The notes under the pieces were generated by a model, which was not told the DNA's origin, searched no databases, and was given only the letters and a program-made list of their open reading frames with translations. DNA of 63,642 nucleotides, filler included, from Chiloscyllium plagiosum (lineage: Eukaryota): the NCBI RefSeq assembly GCF_004010195.1. It is 5 parts of one record of this genome, joined end to end, with 100 filler letters (N's around TTAATTAATTAA, not from the genome) between each part and the next. Parts side by side here need not be neighbours in the genome. Positions count along the whole stretch, not along the records: positions 1 to 18,467 come from NC_057710.1; 4 more parts are not named here. One strand, given 5' to 3'. A program made the translations under genes and the position numbers. Below, one piece after another: positions 1 through 13,351 of this stretch. Position 1 is the first letter of the stretch. Each line of letters starts with the position of its first letter.

Positions 1-328
1 CTCTGTCTTCTACCTTTGAGCCAGTTCTGTATCCAAATGGCTAGTTCTCCCTGTATTCCATGAGATCTAACCTTGCTAATCAGTCTCCCATGGGGAACCT
101 TGTTGAACGCCTTACTGAAGTCCATATAGATCACATCTACTGCTCTGCCCTCATCAATCCTCTTTGTTACTTCTTCAAAAAAACTCAATCAAGTTTGTGA
201 GACATGATTTCCCACCCACAAAGCCAAATCAGTCCTTGACTTTCCAAATACATGTAAATTCTGTCCCTCAGGATTCCCTCCAACAACTTGCCCACCACCG
301 ATGTCAGGCTCACTGGTCTATAGTTCCT
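1..328 (-). mobile_element. CR1 (HER1-like) ORF2 RT fragment
   Basis: Reverse complement matches the CR1 at 57655-57995 (…DEGRAVDVIYMDFSKAFNKVPHGRL…). Confidence 0.88.
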
Positions 329-1388
329 GTGGATGGTTTACTAATTTGGTAAGAATGGATGATGGGAAAGCAGCATTGCTCGTCTAGGCCTGTGTAGAAG
401 TGGCTTGAGGGTCAGGCTGGGTCAATCAAAGATTGATCCTCAAGCCAACTCTAAGAATGCACTTGACCTTTTTCAAAAGCTTTCTCGCATAAGTCGTTGG
501 CTATAGGCTGCTTCCATCTTCGAACAGCCTGAATTGCAGAGGTCTATGCTTCTCAATATCTCCCATGGAGAGCTTTTGGCATGAGCATGAACTAGGTGTC
601 TGCATAAGCCAGCCTCACAGGGCCACTGAAAAATAGCCTGAAGCTCTGAGGGAAAGACCTGAAACGTTTACGCTGCTTTCTCTCTCTGCGGATGCTGCCG
701 ACCCTACTGGGATTCTCCAGCGATTTCTATTCTTGCTTTCGAAAGTTATCCTGACCCAAATATCTAGTCGCTATAATGACAGTTGCTTGTTACCTCCCAC
801 CATTCATGCATTTTGTGGCGGGCAGGCATGTCATAAGGGACAGGCTGGTGAATGAGGACGCCACACCCACCTCCTACCTCCATCCCGATTAAACTCCAAA
901 GCGGGAAGTGGTTGGACAGGGTAGCTGATGCTGTCGATCAACTTTTTTTGTGGTCAGACTGATTCCCATCAGAATCTCATGTCACCGCTGTCTTAATCCA
1001 ACAGTGGATGAGGGCATGTCATGTGTTGAATACAAGGAGCAGACTCACCTGCGAGGTTGCTCTTGGGCTCCCAGAAGGTGGGGATATTCCTCACCAATAG
1101 GCTGCCTGATCGAGGGGCATGCTGGGAAGTGCGCCCTCCTCTGCTCTTGCTGCCCATCCCCCTCAGCCTCTTCATGGCGCTATGCCACTGACATTCAGAG
1201 CCATGATGCTAGTGTCAAATTATGCAGTTCAGCTGAATGAGGAGGGATATCATAAAGACTTATAAAATTTGAACAGGACTAGACAGGGTAGATACATAAT
1301 GTTCCCGATGGTGGGTGTGTCCAGAAATGGCATCACATTCTGAGGATTCTGGCTGGGCCATTTAGGATAGAGATGAGAAGACATCTCT

Positions 1389-1685
1389 GGGGCAGCATGG
1401 TGGCTCAGTGGTGAGCACTGCTGCCTCACAATGCCAGGGACCCAGATTCAATTCCTGCCTCAGGTGATTGTCTGTTTGGAGTTTGTATATTCTCCCTGTG
1501 TCAATGTGGGTTTCCTTGCACAAACCAAAGATGTACAGGTCAGGTGAATTGACCATGCTAAATTGTCCAGAGTATTAAGTGCGTTAGTCAGGGGTAAATA
1601 TAGGGGTCTGAGTGGGTTACTCTTCGGAGGATCTGTGTGGACTTGTTGGGCCAAAGGGCCTGTTTCCACACTGGAGGGAATCTAA
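1389..1685 (+). mobile_element. HE1-type SINE (tRNA head, V domain, CR1-derived tail) inserted in a CR1 3' end
   Basis: gggcagcatggtggctcagtggtgagcactgctgcctcac…ttcaattcc (A/B boxes)…gggcctgtttccacactg…aatctaa. Confidence 0.9.
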
Positions 1686-2176
1686 TTTTTAAAATAATTC
1701 TTTATCCAAAGAGTGGGTGAACCTGAGGAATTCATTACTGCAGGAAGTAGTTGGTGCCAAAACGTAATATATTCAAGAGATAGATAGATATAGCACTTGG
1801 GGTGAATGGGAATCAAAGGTTATGGGAAGAAAGCAGGATTAGGCTATTGAGTTGGACAATCGGCCATGATCATGATGAATGGCAGAGCAGGCTCGAAAGG
1901 CCGAATGGCCTCCTCCTGCTCCTATCTTCTATGTTTCTTTGTAAACATCCCTCAGAGGGGATTCTTTGAGTATGGAGATTGCATATGCAAGTCCCACTCC
2001 ACAATGGAGCCCAAACTTCCAGGGCTGAGATTCCAGCGAATTAATGAGGGAGCTCTGCACTTTTGGAACATGTGGTCTTTCACCTTCAGACAGCAAATCA
2101 AAGATGTCTATTCTCTCTGATGAATGTTAAAGGTCCCTTGAGACTTATATTGAAGGAGTTGGGGATGGGGGAATGA

Positions 2177-3385
2177 GTCATATGATCATAGTTATGGAGT
2201 CAAACAGCATGGAAACAGACCCTTTGGTCCAACCAGTCCATGCTGACCATAATCCCAAACTAAACTAGTCCCACTTGCCTACACATGGCCCATATCCCTC
2301 AAACCATCTTTATTCATGTACTTATTCAAATGCCTTTTAAACATTGTAACTGGGTCCACTTCCACACTTCTTCTGGAAGTTCATTCCACATGCGAACCAC
2401 TCTCTGGGTAAAAAGATTGCCCCTCATGTCTCTTTTAAATCTGTTCCCTCTCACCTTAATAATATGTCCCCTAGTCTTGAAATCCCCACTTGAGAGAAAA
2501 GACACCTGCCATTCACCTTAACTATACCTTTCACAATTTTATAAACCTCTATGAAGATAACTTTCAACTCCCATGCTGCAGTGAAAAATGTCCCAGCCTA
2601 TCCAGCCTCTCCTTATAACTCAAACCCTCACATCCATCGGCATTTTTGTAAATCTTTTCTGAACCTTCTCCAGCTTAGTAAAATCCTTCCCATCACAGGG
2701 CAACCAGAACTATGCACATTACCCCGGAAAAGGCCTCACCATAGGTCTTGTACAACCGCCTATCCAGCCTCTCCTTATAACTCAAACCCTCACATCTGGC
2801 AGCATTTTTGTAAATCTTTTCTGAACCTTCTCCAGCTTAGTAAAATCCTTCCCATAACAGGGCAACCAGAACTATGCACATTACCCTGGAAAAGGCCTCA
2901 CCATAGGTCTTGTACAACCTCAACATGATGTCCCAACTCCTATCCTCAAAGGTCTGAACCATGAAGGCAAGTGTGCTAAATGCCTTCTTTATCACCCTGT
3001 CTGCATATGATGCAAACTTCAAAGAACTATGTGCCTGCACCTCTTGGTCTCTGTGTTCTACAACACTACTCAAAGCCCTACCTTTATTGAGGAAGTCCTG
3101 TCCTTGTATGTTTTACCAAAATGCAATACCTCATATTTATCCAAATTAAACTCCATCTGCCACTCCTCAGTCCAGTGACACAATTGATCAAGATCTCTTT
3201 GTAATCTTAGATATCCTTCTTCACTGTCCACTACATCATCAATTTTAGTGTCATCCGCAAACTTACTAACCATGCTTTTCATACTCTGATTGAGATAATT
3301 TATATCAATGACAGAGCAAAGTGGACCCAGCACCGATCCCTGTGGAACACCGTTGGTAACAAGCCTCCAATCCAAAAAACGCCAC
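2177..3385 (-). mobile_element. CR1 ORF2 3' part and 3' UTR with internal 162-bp tandem duplication
   Basis: [11 protein letters not shown]…SKFADDTKI…WQMEFN (ORF 3070-3417); duplicated units at 2596-2757 and 2758-2919. Confidence 0.9.
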
Positions 3386-4977
3386 TCTCTCTCCTGCCTT
3401 CGCATATACTCACTCATGTGACTTGGATGTCAGTGGCTGGGCTAGCATGTATTGCCCATCATTCATTGCCCCTCGAGAAGGTGGTAGTGAGCTGCCTTCT
3501 TGAACCACTGCTGTCTATGTGCTGTAGGTCGACCCACAATGCCCTTAGGGAGGGAATTCCAGGATTCTGACCCAATATTTATCCTGTACTCAGTATCACA
3601 AGAAACAGATCATCTGGCATTATGGTGCTGCCATTTTGTGACAGGACATTTTCCTTCATTCTCATTGGCAGGAAAGCACTTTTGAATATCCGGAGGTCAT
3701 GAGAGGTGGTAAATAAGTGGAAGTCTTTCTTTTAAAAGATCTGGTTGGAAATCGCTCCACTATCTGCTTGTTGGATACATAAATCCCCAGTCTGTATGAG
3801 ATGTAATGTCATTGCTATTAAGAATGCAGTCCTGTCATTGTTTCTGTCCCCTTATTAATGCTATTTTGACAGGTATATATAAATAATGATTAAAAACGTT
3901 TCCACTGGAGTGAAGATTTTTAATGAAGTAGTTTTGCTGTTCTGAAGAGGATTCTTTTTCAATTTTCAAAGGAAATTAACCTTCAGTGTAATTTTATATC
4001 ATTGCGGCAAGCCTGATAGTGCTTGGCTTGACAATGTTTTCTTACCACATTGGAGATCCTTTTGTTACTGAACAGCTTGATGGAGGTAGACTTTACACTG
4101 GGACATGAGTTGGGCTATTTAGCCCCTTAAGCTAGACAGTCATTCAGTTATATAATAGCTGAGCTGGGCCTCAGCTTTATTTACTTGGTTTAGCTCCAAA
4201 TCCCTCTATACACTTATCGAACAAAAATCTGTCGATCTCAGTCAGCTCCAGATTTCCTGCTAGTTTTTTCTGTTTAAAAACAAGTTCTCTGATTCCACTC
4301 TTTGATGCTTTCATTACAGTTTAAGGCTATAGTTTTGCATTCCCCAAACAGCGACAATAATATGTTTGTATCAACCCTTCCCAATGATTTGAAACACCAG
4401 ATGCGGTCACTCCTTTTAAACCCAAATTGAAAATGTGCTAACTAAAAGTTCTCCCGTTACAAAAGATCAATCAGAATGCTAAATCCATTCTACCTTTGGA
4501 TCACATGCATTTGGATTTGGCTCCGTTCGTAACGCAACACTTGTCGCCTCCTCAACCCCCCAAAAAAGTCTTAGAAGTCGCAAATCACTTGCTTAAGCAA
4601 TGTTCCCCCACCTTCAACAACAGTTTGCATTTTTATAGCATCTTTAACACATCATATTGTGTATTACTGAAAAACACACACATTTTGTCGAGGCACTCTT
4701 CAGGCGATTTGCAAGAGTACCAATTCCAAAAGGAAACTAACATCTGTACTGCATGGGAGGAGAGTTCTGACTGGTTGGCAAGTGACTCTGATTGGACCTA
4801 GTGTTGTCATGGAGAAAATACCCATTGATGCAGATTGACAGTTAAAATAAAGCCAGGCTTTGTTTATGTTTTAAACCAGGCAGGTTGACTTGGCTTGGTT
4901 AGAACCATTCTATGCCAGTGTCTGTGTTCTACTTGAGACTCTTTCAACTCTACTTCCTCTTTCTATGTCAGTCTATT

Positions 4978-5645
4978 GGGGGCAGCATGGTTGCTCAGTG
5001 GTTAGCACTGCTACCTCACAGCACCAGGGACACGGGTTCGATTCCCAATTCGAGTGACTATCCGTGTGGACTTTGCGTATTTCCCCTGTGTCTGTGTGAG
5101 TTTCCTACCACAGTCCAAAGATGTGAAAGTTAGGTGGGCTGGCCATGGTAAATTTCCCCATCATGTCCAGAGATGTGCAGGCTAGGTGAGTTAACCATGG
5201 GAACTGCAGAGGAGGGGTAGTGGGGAAGGGCCTGGGTATGATGCTCTTTAGAGGGTCAGTATGGACTCGATGGGAGAATGACCTGCTCCCACGCTGTAGT
5301 ATTCTATATCCTTCTGTTTCTTTCTCCCTCCAACACATAACGTGGCACAGTGGTTAGCACTGCTGCCTCACAGCGCCAGAGACCCGGGTTCAATTCCCGC
5401 CTCAGGCGGCTGACTGTGTGGAGTTTGCACTTTCTCCCCGTGTCTGCGTGGGTTTCCTCCGGGTGCTCCGGTTTCCTCCCACATTCCAAAAAATGTGCAG
5501 GTTAGGTGAATTGGCCAAGCTAAATTGACCCTAGTGTCGGGTAAGGGATAAATGTAGGGGTATGGGTGGGTTGCGCTTCGGCGGGTCGGTGTGGACCTGT
5601 TGGGCCGAAGGGCCTGTTTCCACACTGTAACGTAATCTAATCTAA
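4978..5645 (+). mobile_element. Two tandem HE1-type SINEs (older 4978-5305; younger 5341-5645)
   Basis: Two successive tRNA-like heads and tails; the second retains CpGs and ends aatctaatctaa. Confidence 0.9.
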
Positions 5646-5670
5646 AATAACCAGCTTTCCTTTAACTGCA

Positions 5671-5871
5671 GAGCTGAAAATGTGTTGCTGGAGAAGCGCA
5701 GCAGGTCAGGCAGCATCCAGGGAACAGGAGAATCGACGTTTCGGGCATAAGCCCTTCTTCAGGACACGAAGCGTCGATTCTCCTGTTCCCTGGATGCTGC
5801 CTGACCTGCTGCGCTTCTCCAGCAACACATTTTCAGCTCTGATCTCCAGCATCTGCAGACCTCACTTTCTC
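5671..5871. mobile_element. Palindromic PLE-derived insertion with 12-bp TSD
   Basis: cctttaactgca at 5659-5670 and 5872-5883; inverted arms; intact hammerhead core on the minus strand at 5735-5762. Confidence 0.88.
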
Positions 5872-5914
5872 CCTTTAACTGCATCCATGTTATGCACCTC
5901 AATTACTTTATGTT

Positions 5915-7785
5915 GCGCCAAAAGAGTTCATAAAAGATTTACAAGGATGTTGCCAGAGTTGGAGTGTTTGAGATATATAGAGAGGCTGAATAGAATGGGG
6001 CTATTTTCCCTGGAGCAATGGAGGCTGAGGGGTGATGTGAGACAGGTTTATAAAATCATGAGGGGCATGGATAGGGTAAATAGAAAAGATGTTTTCTCTA
6101 GGGTAGGAGAGTCCAAAACCAGAGGACGTAGGTTTGAGGTGAGAAGGGAAATGTTTAAAAGAGCCAAAAGGGATAACTTTTTCATGCAGAAGGTCGTGCG
6201 TGTGTGGAATGAGCTGCTAGGTGAGGTAGCAGAGGCTGGTTTACAACATTTCAAAGGCATCTGGATGTGTACATAAACAGGAAGGGTTCAGAGGGATATA
6301 GGCCAAGTGCTGGCAAATGGGACCAGATTAGGTTAGGACATCTGTTCGGCACAGACGAATTGGACCAAGGGGTCTGTTTCCATGTTGTACATCTCTATGA
6401 CTGTATGATTCTAGGTTGCACCATCCAACCAGTCTCTGGGGATAGACGCTTTAGCTAAGTTGCCTCTTGGGTTTTTTTTAATAATTACGGTATGATAACA
6501 GCACCAATTTTTGGAGGTCCTCAGAAACAGAAACATTTTCTTAATGTTAATTCATCACGATGCCAGCTCCAGCTAAGTTTAAACATCCTTCACTACCTTT
6601 CTTTGAGGTTACAGTGCTTGCCCTTTTCTTATATAGCTAGTATGTTAGCAGATTCCTGTTAAATCCAAGCGAATTTTGAGGTAAGCTCTCTTGTCAGTGG
6701 TACCATTTTGCTTGTCCTCTATTAGATTAGATTAGATTACATTACATTACAGTATGGAAACAGGCCCTTCGGCCCAACAAGTCCACACCGACCCGCCGAA
6801 GCGCAACCCACCCATATCCCTACATTTACCCCTATACGTAACACTACGGGCAATATAGCATGGCCAATTCACCTGATCTGCACATTTTTGGACTGTGGGA
6901 GGAAACCGGAGCACCCGGAGGAAACCCATGCAGACACGGGGAGAACGTGCAAACTCCACACAGTCCGTCGCCTGAGGCGGGAATTGAACCCGGGTTTCTG
7001 GCGCTGTGAGGCAACAGTGCTAACCACTGTGCCACCGCGCCGCCCATCTGCTCTATCCCCCACTTCCAATCCAGTCTAATTCAATTTGGCAGTGCAGACT
7101 TGATGGACCAAATGGCCTCTTCTGTATTGCGTGATAATGACAACCTATGCTACCCCACCGTATCCCAAGGTCTGTAAATACTTGGAGAAATTGGAGTATA
7201 GGTCATGTTGCAGCTGTATAAAACGTTGGTTAGGCCACATTTGGAATATTGTGTACAATTCTGGCCCCTCTACTATTGGAAGAATGTTGTGAAATTTGAA
7301 AGGGTTCAGAATAGATTTACAAGAATGCTGCCAGAGTTGGAGGGTTTGAGCTATTGGGAGACGTTGAATAGACTGTTCTCCCTGGAGTGTTGGAGGCTGA
7401 GCGGTGACCTGATAGAGGTTTATAAAATCATGAGGGCATAGATAGTGTAAATAGACAAGGTCTTTTCCCCGGGATGGGGGAGTCCAGAATGAGAGGGCAT
7501 AATTTTAGGGTAAGAGGGGAAAGATTTAAAAGAGACCTGAGGGGCGACCCTTTCACACAGAGGGTGGTGCATGTATGGAATGAGCTGCCAGAGGAAGTAG
7601 TGGAGGCTGGTACACTTACAACATTTAAAGGCATCTGGATGGGTAGATGAATAGGAAGTGTTCAGAGGGATATAGGCCGAGTGCTGGCAGGTGGGATTAG
7701 ATCAGGTTAGGATATCTGGTCAGCATAGACGAGTTGAATCAAAGGGTCTGTTTCTGTGCTGTACAGCTCTGTGATTCTATGACTC
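5915..7785 (+). mobile_element. Two CR1 3' fragments (5915-6410; 7190-7785)
   Basis: KRFTRMLP…LFSLE.WRL.GD…VYKIMRG…FFMQ.VVRVWNEL, ending in ctatgact-type tails. Confidence 0.88.
6721..7045 (-). mobile_element. HE1-type SINE, full length, with (ATTAG)n tail
   Basis: Reverse complement of the HE1 consensus; attagattagattagattac at 6721-6740. Confidence 0.92.
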
Positions 7786-8317
7786 CAAATTCTCACTTTA
7801 TGGTGCCCCAAATGACCAATATTTTGAATGAGTTTATCGTCATTTCCCAGGAGACAGTCTGCTCTGACGTGTGATTTATTTCTTGCTGTCAATACTGTGC
7901 TTATGGTCAAGATTAGAGTGGTGCTGGAAAGGCACAGCAGATCAGGCAGCATCCGAGAAGCAGGAGAATCGACTTTTCGGGCAAAAACCCTTCATCAGGA
8001 ATAATGGAATTTGAACTTGATTTAAAAAGTCTGGAATTAAGAGTTTGATGGTGATCATGAATCCATTGTCGATTGTCAAAGAAAAAACCAGTCTGGTTGA
8101 CTAATGTCCTTTAGGGAAGCAAACTGCCATCCTTACCCGGTCTGGCCTATACGTGACTCCAGACCTACAGCCATCTTAACTACCTTCTGGGAAAATTCAG
8201 GATGGGCGATAAATGATGGCCGAGCCACTGAAGTCCTCATCCCATAAATGAATTAAAAAATGCCACTGTTTAGTGAGTCAATACACTTTTCAAATCTTCA
8301 CTCAACCAATTTTTAAG

Positions 8318-8522
8318 TTAAAAATAGCACAACGCCAGGTTATAGTCCAACAGGTTTATTTGAAAGTACAAGCTTATGGAACGGTGCTGCTTCATCAGGT
8401 AGCTAGTGATGGAGCAGCGCTGTGAAGGCTAGTGCTTCCAAATAAACATGTTGGACTACAACCTGGTGTTGTGTGATTTTTAAGTTTGTCCGCCACAGTC
8501 CAACACTGGCACCTCCACATCG
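8318..8522. mobile_element. Foldback remnant of Penelope family C (two degenerate inverted termini)
   Basis: caacgccaggttatagtccaacaggtttatttg … aaataaacatgttggactacaacctggtgttg form inverted arms, with degenerate tcatcag / ggagcagcgct..gaaggctag cores between them. Confidence 0.65.
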
Positions 8523-10299
8523 TGGCCAATTTTTAAGATCAGTGTTTCCTTGAATGCAGACTTGCTTCAAAGAGGCTAACAAACATTTTTGACAACTTAT
8601 TTATTTCCCACAGCTGGATTCATTACCCATTTGTGACAAATAAATATTATCCAACTCATCCAAAATCATCAACCATTTATGACATGTAGCAGTCCTGTAT
8701 GTTTTGAGAAACATCCAGTCATTGTACAATTCGCCCTCCCATTTATTTACTTCACAACTTGAAACATTTGATCACATTTATTATTGTCACATGTACCTCG
8801 GTACAGTGAAACATTTTATTTTGTGTGCAGTACTGGCAGATCACACCAGTGCATTAAGGTAATAGAACAGAGCGAGGGATACCATGTTACGGCTGCAGAG
8901 AGAGTTCACAAAGAGTGAGATCGACATTAAATTTAAAATTTGAGAGGTCCATTCAGAAGCCTAATAACAGCAGGTTTGAAGCTGTTCTTGAATCTATTGG
9001 TATGTGTGTTTAAGCTAACATGGCTCCTTTTATGATGTATGAAATTAATCAGCCAATATTTTGTTTCAATCAGACCCCAGCTGAGGTTCCTCCACTTATT
9101 AATGTTCCAGATCACACAGCCCAAATTGTCAAGCTCTTGGTAAGGCTAAATATATTGGCTCCCCTTTGGTATTCATTGAACAAATGCCATTCTGACTCCT
9201 TGGCATGAGTATTCCAGGCTGTGCCACACATGATGGGATATCGACCACACTCTGTTGTATTGGTTGAGCATCCCACTGCCTGGGCTCACACATAAAGTTT
9301 GTCGATATTACTGCAGTGGACACCCACAGGGAGTCATTTGTTGCAGCAGTTTCATAAAAGACATTAAGAAGCAAGAGGAACAATCATGCAATATTGGGAA
9401 AGAAGAAACAAAACAGAATAGGAACTCTTAAGCTGACTTAAATTAGAAAGGCTGATGTTTGCTAAAGAAAGTTCTGCTTAAACATTGACAAAAAAATGAA
9501 GCATTAGAAGGACCGAGGTACTTATTAATGGGTTGGAATAGGGCTTCAAACAGAGCACAAAGGGTCCAGCGGGGAAAGAAAGAATGAAGGTTAAGGGCTG
9601 GAGACACTGAAAGATTTAGGTTACTAGTAAACTGGCGGGTTGCATTTTTCTAGCTTCTGTATTGGATTGGATAAGATGATATTGATTCAGTATAATAGAT
9701 TTCGACCACTTCTGCATCACTCACTAATCATCTCCCAGGTTTCTTTCCAGTGCCAACAGATTTGCTCATCCTTGTATGTAGTTAGCCTTCCTGCCTCTCT
9801 GGTCATTAACGTTCTTGTGTGGTGAGTTTAATAACTCATACACAACCCTGTTAGACTGTCTGATTCCCTCGTAGCAATGTACATGAAAACTGACCTGAGA
9901 CTTAAACTTGTAACAATATTGAATGCAACTTGCAAGCCTTTGGCAGACTGCGACATTTCACGTCTCTGCCTTTAATGGCACAAAGTCATGAAAGGTCCAC
10001 TTAAAAACATAAGAAACAGAAGCCAAAGAAAATTACGACTGATGTTCGACTTCAAATCCATTTTCCCATTCTCTCACTGCCTGCCCTGATCCACTTAAAA
10101 CCTAGCAATCTCAGGCTTTCTTAAGTAACATTCACACCCCACAAGGTGTAGGTCTTTATCTTTTAAAATTCACTCATGAGATGTGGGTATATTGTTCTTG
10201 CTTCATTGCCCCTGAGAAGCTGGTTATAGGCTGCCTTCTTGACAAGTGACCTCCATGACTTTGTAGGTAGGCCCAGAATGCTATTAGGGATGGAGGAGC

Positions 10300-10835
10300 C
10301 ATCTTCAACAAGAGAGAATCTAATCATTATCTTTTGACATTGCTGTCACTGAGTTCTCCAATATGAATGCTCTGGGGCTTATCACTGCCCAGGATCTGAA
10401 CTGGACTCACCACAAAAACACTGTGACTGCAAGAGCAGGTCAGAGGCTAGGAATCCTGCAATGAGTAACTCACTTCCTGACTTCCTGACAAGGAATACTT
10501 GCCTGGTTGAGTACAGCTCTAATGACACTCAAGAAGCTTAACACCATCCAGGGTAAAGCAGCCCAAGCGATTGACACTGCATCCACAAACAAGCATTCCC
10601 TCCACCATCAATATCTCGAGGAGAAGCCAAGTGTGTCCTACCATAATTAACCAAAAATCCTTAGGCAGCATCTTCCAAAACCCATGAGCACTTCCATGAG
10701 GAAATCAAGGGCAGCAGATACATGGGAGCATTACCACCTGCAAGATCCCATCCAAGTCACTCATCCTGACTTGGAATTTTATCACAATTCCTTCAGTGTC
10801 ACTGGGTCAAAAGTTTGGAACTCGCTCACGAACAC
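10300..10835 (+). mobile_element. Second CR1/L2-group LINE family, RT 3' fragment
   Basis: Degenerate LNWT.H..TV..RAGQRLGIL…TLKKLNTIQGKAA. Related pieces or tails at about 3410-3575, 8000-8260, 10150-10290, 16500-16740, 19380-19545, 26100-26310, 26860-27330, 30950-31260 and 55570-55930. Confidence 0.6.
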
Positions 10836-12039
10836 TTGGCTACTTTAAACATTATGAGAAAGTGACCACTGTAGATGCTGGAGATCAGAGTCTAAGAGTG
10901 TGGCTCAGTTGCTACCTGACATGCTGTGCTTTTCCAGTGACAAACACTTCAACTATTTTAAGCATTACCTTGATCTCATTCTTTCCGATGAACCTTTACT
11001 CAGTAAGTAAGTTGGAAAGACTCATGATACTGGGATTTTCCTTAGAGCAGGCAAGTTTAAAGGAACAAACAGCAGAGGTTTCTAAATCACAGACAGTTTA
11101 GAAAGAGTGGAGAGGGAGAAATTATTACAGATGGGAGTCTCTGACACTAATTGAAGATAATAGGCAAAAGAACAGCTGATGAGGAGACATTTACTTAAAG
11201 CAGTGTTTTGGAAAGAACCAGCTGAAATGGGTGGTGGAAGCAGATTTAATGGGAACTGTCAAAAGTAATTAGATAAATACTTGAAAAGGAGAAAATTTCA
11301 GAGTTCTGGGAAAAGAGCAGAGGAGTGTGGGAATAATTTAGTAGGCTTTTCCAAGTGTTGATACAGATTCATTGGCTAAATGGCTCCTGCTGTGTTCTGA
11401 GTGCTTATGTCATCAGGTTTATTAAGAAAGCAAATATAGAATGCTTTACAAGCTCAGATATTGGCTCAGCTATAAACTCACAGCTACAACTTTGATGGCA
11501 TGTTTCTCTTTGTACATTGGGAATACAAATGCCATCAAAGCCAAGCCTGGCGTGAGCCAATGCATTCAAAAACAGAACATGCTGCAAACATAGCACAGGC
11601 TAGTCAGCTCTGTTAAAAGATGGGCAAAATTGCTGAGCTCGGCGATATTAAAAATTCTCATCCTAAGGTACAAATCCCCCACCTCTTCCATTGGTCTGTC
11701 CATCCAGAACCTCTGAAGATCTGTGACCACCATTAAGCTAACAAAACTCAGAGGTCTGTGCATTCCTCCAACCCTGGCCTTTGCACGTCCTCACATTTCA
11801 ATTCGTCACCAGATAACATCAACTCACAGAGAAGGAGGCTATTTGGCCTCTTGTATTCATGTCAGCTCTTTAAAAATAAGTAGTCCCACTATCCCTTGCT
11901 ACTTCCCCAGACCCTCGCAGTTTCCTCCTTTCCAAGTATTTATTGCATTACTTTTGAAAGTTCTAATGAAATGCACTTCCAATGCCCATTCAGGCAGTTC
12001 TTCCGAAGCCATAACAACTGAGTTGCAAATGTGACCGCC

Positions 12040-12490
12040 CACTTCCAACTGTATTATCTGTGCACAGCCCAGACTACCACGGAAGCCAACCTTATCTATG
12101 GACTCCACTTACACTTCTTGTTGCCATGGAAAGGCTGCCAACATCATCAAAGACCCTTCCCAACCCGGTAACACTCACTTCCAATCTCTTCCGTCAAGCA
12201 GAAGATACAGAAGCTTGAACACACGCACCAACAGATTCAAGAACAGCTTCTTCCCTGCCATTATTAGACCGATGAATGGACTCTCTATAATTTCAAATAA
12301 TGTTGATTGTGTTCATGTTGATCTTGCTTTGCACACCTCCTGTGCTGTGTACCTGTGTACCTTGCTCTGTCTAAACACTACATGATCTGTACACTCTTGT
12401 CTGCTATGATCTGCCTATACTGCTCACAAAACAAAATTTTTCACTGTACTTAAATACATCGGACAACAATACCTCAAATCTAATACAATA
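12040..12490 (+). mobile_element. Rex1/Babar LINE 3' fragment
   Basis: KAANIIKDPSQPGN…LPSSRRYRSLNTRTNRFKNSFFPAIIR. Confidence 0.82.
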
Positions 12491-12888
12491 TGGACAGGGA
12501 ATGTTTGCGCTTAGACGAGCTTTGAACTTGGCTGGCCTTTAATTGTTCATTTACGTGTGGAGGGTGGGCTGCCCATTGTATTGAATTTGATGTCCACCCA
12601 CCTTCCGTATTGTGGGGCTAATTTCGGAAATGGATGAGAAGCTGATGGGCTGTACGCCAAAACTATTTTACCTCACCCACTGAAAATATGCGCAACTGGC
12701 ACATGTAATATCCAGCCTGTGACCTTAACTCTATAAAACACACAAAATAAATTAGGATAGGTCAATTTTTGTCTGATGTCACCTTTGTGAAGTACCTCAG
12801 GATGCTTTGGGCATGTTAAAGATGTTAATTTAATGCAAGTTCTTCATATTGAAGAAACCCTGTTCTCAGCATTCATTGGATCTCTCAA

Positions 12889-13351
12889 GGTGGCTCGGTG
12901 GTTAGTACTGCTGCCTCACAGTGCCAGGGACCCAAGTTTGATTCCAGCCTCGGGTGACTGTCTGTGTGGAGTTTGCACATTCTCTCTGTGTTTGTGTGGG
13001 TTTCCTCCCACAATCCAAAGATGTGCAGGTTAGGTGGATTAGATTAGATTCCCTACAGTATGGAAACAGGCCCTTCGGCCCAACAAATCCACACCGACCC
13101 TCCGAAGAGCCACCCACCCAGACCCATTCCCCTACATTCACCCCTGACTAATACGGGCAAGTTAGAATGGTCAATTCACCTAACTTGCACATCTTTGGAC
13201 TGTGGGAGGAAACCGGAGCACCCGGAGGAAACCCACACAGACACAGGGAGAATGTGCAAACTCCACACAGACAGTTGCCTGTTCGGGAATTGAACCCGGG
13301 TCTCTGGCGCTGTGAGGCAGCAGTGCTAACCACTGTGCCACCATGCCGCCC
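12889..13351. mobile_element. Inverted pair of HE1 SINEs (plus 5' half 12889-13040; minus full length 13037-13351)
   Basis: The head and V domain on the plus strand run directly into the tail of a minus-strand copy. Confidence 0.9.

Noticed and set aside
3992..4085. Hydrophobic frame FYIIAASLIVLGLTMFSYHIGDPFVTEQLDG as an exon
   Set aside because: In-frame TAA directly upstream, no suitable acceptor, weak donor and no DOCK similarity.
5341..5410. tRNA genes at the SINE heads
   Set aside because: A/B boxes continue into the HE1 V domain and CR1-like tail, without a full cloverleaf or terminator.
6637..6686. AG…GTAAGC-flanked 44-nt candidate exon
   Set aside because: Stops in all three frames and no homology.
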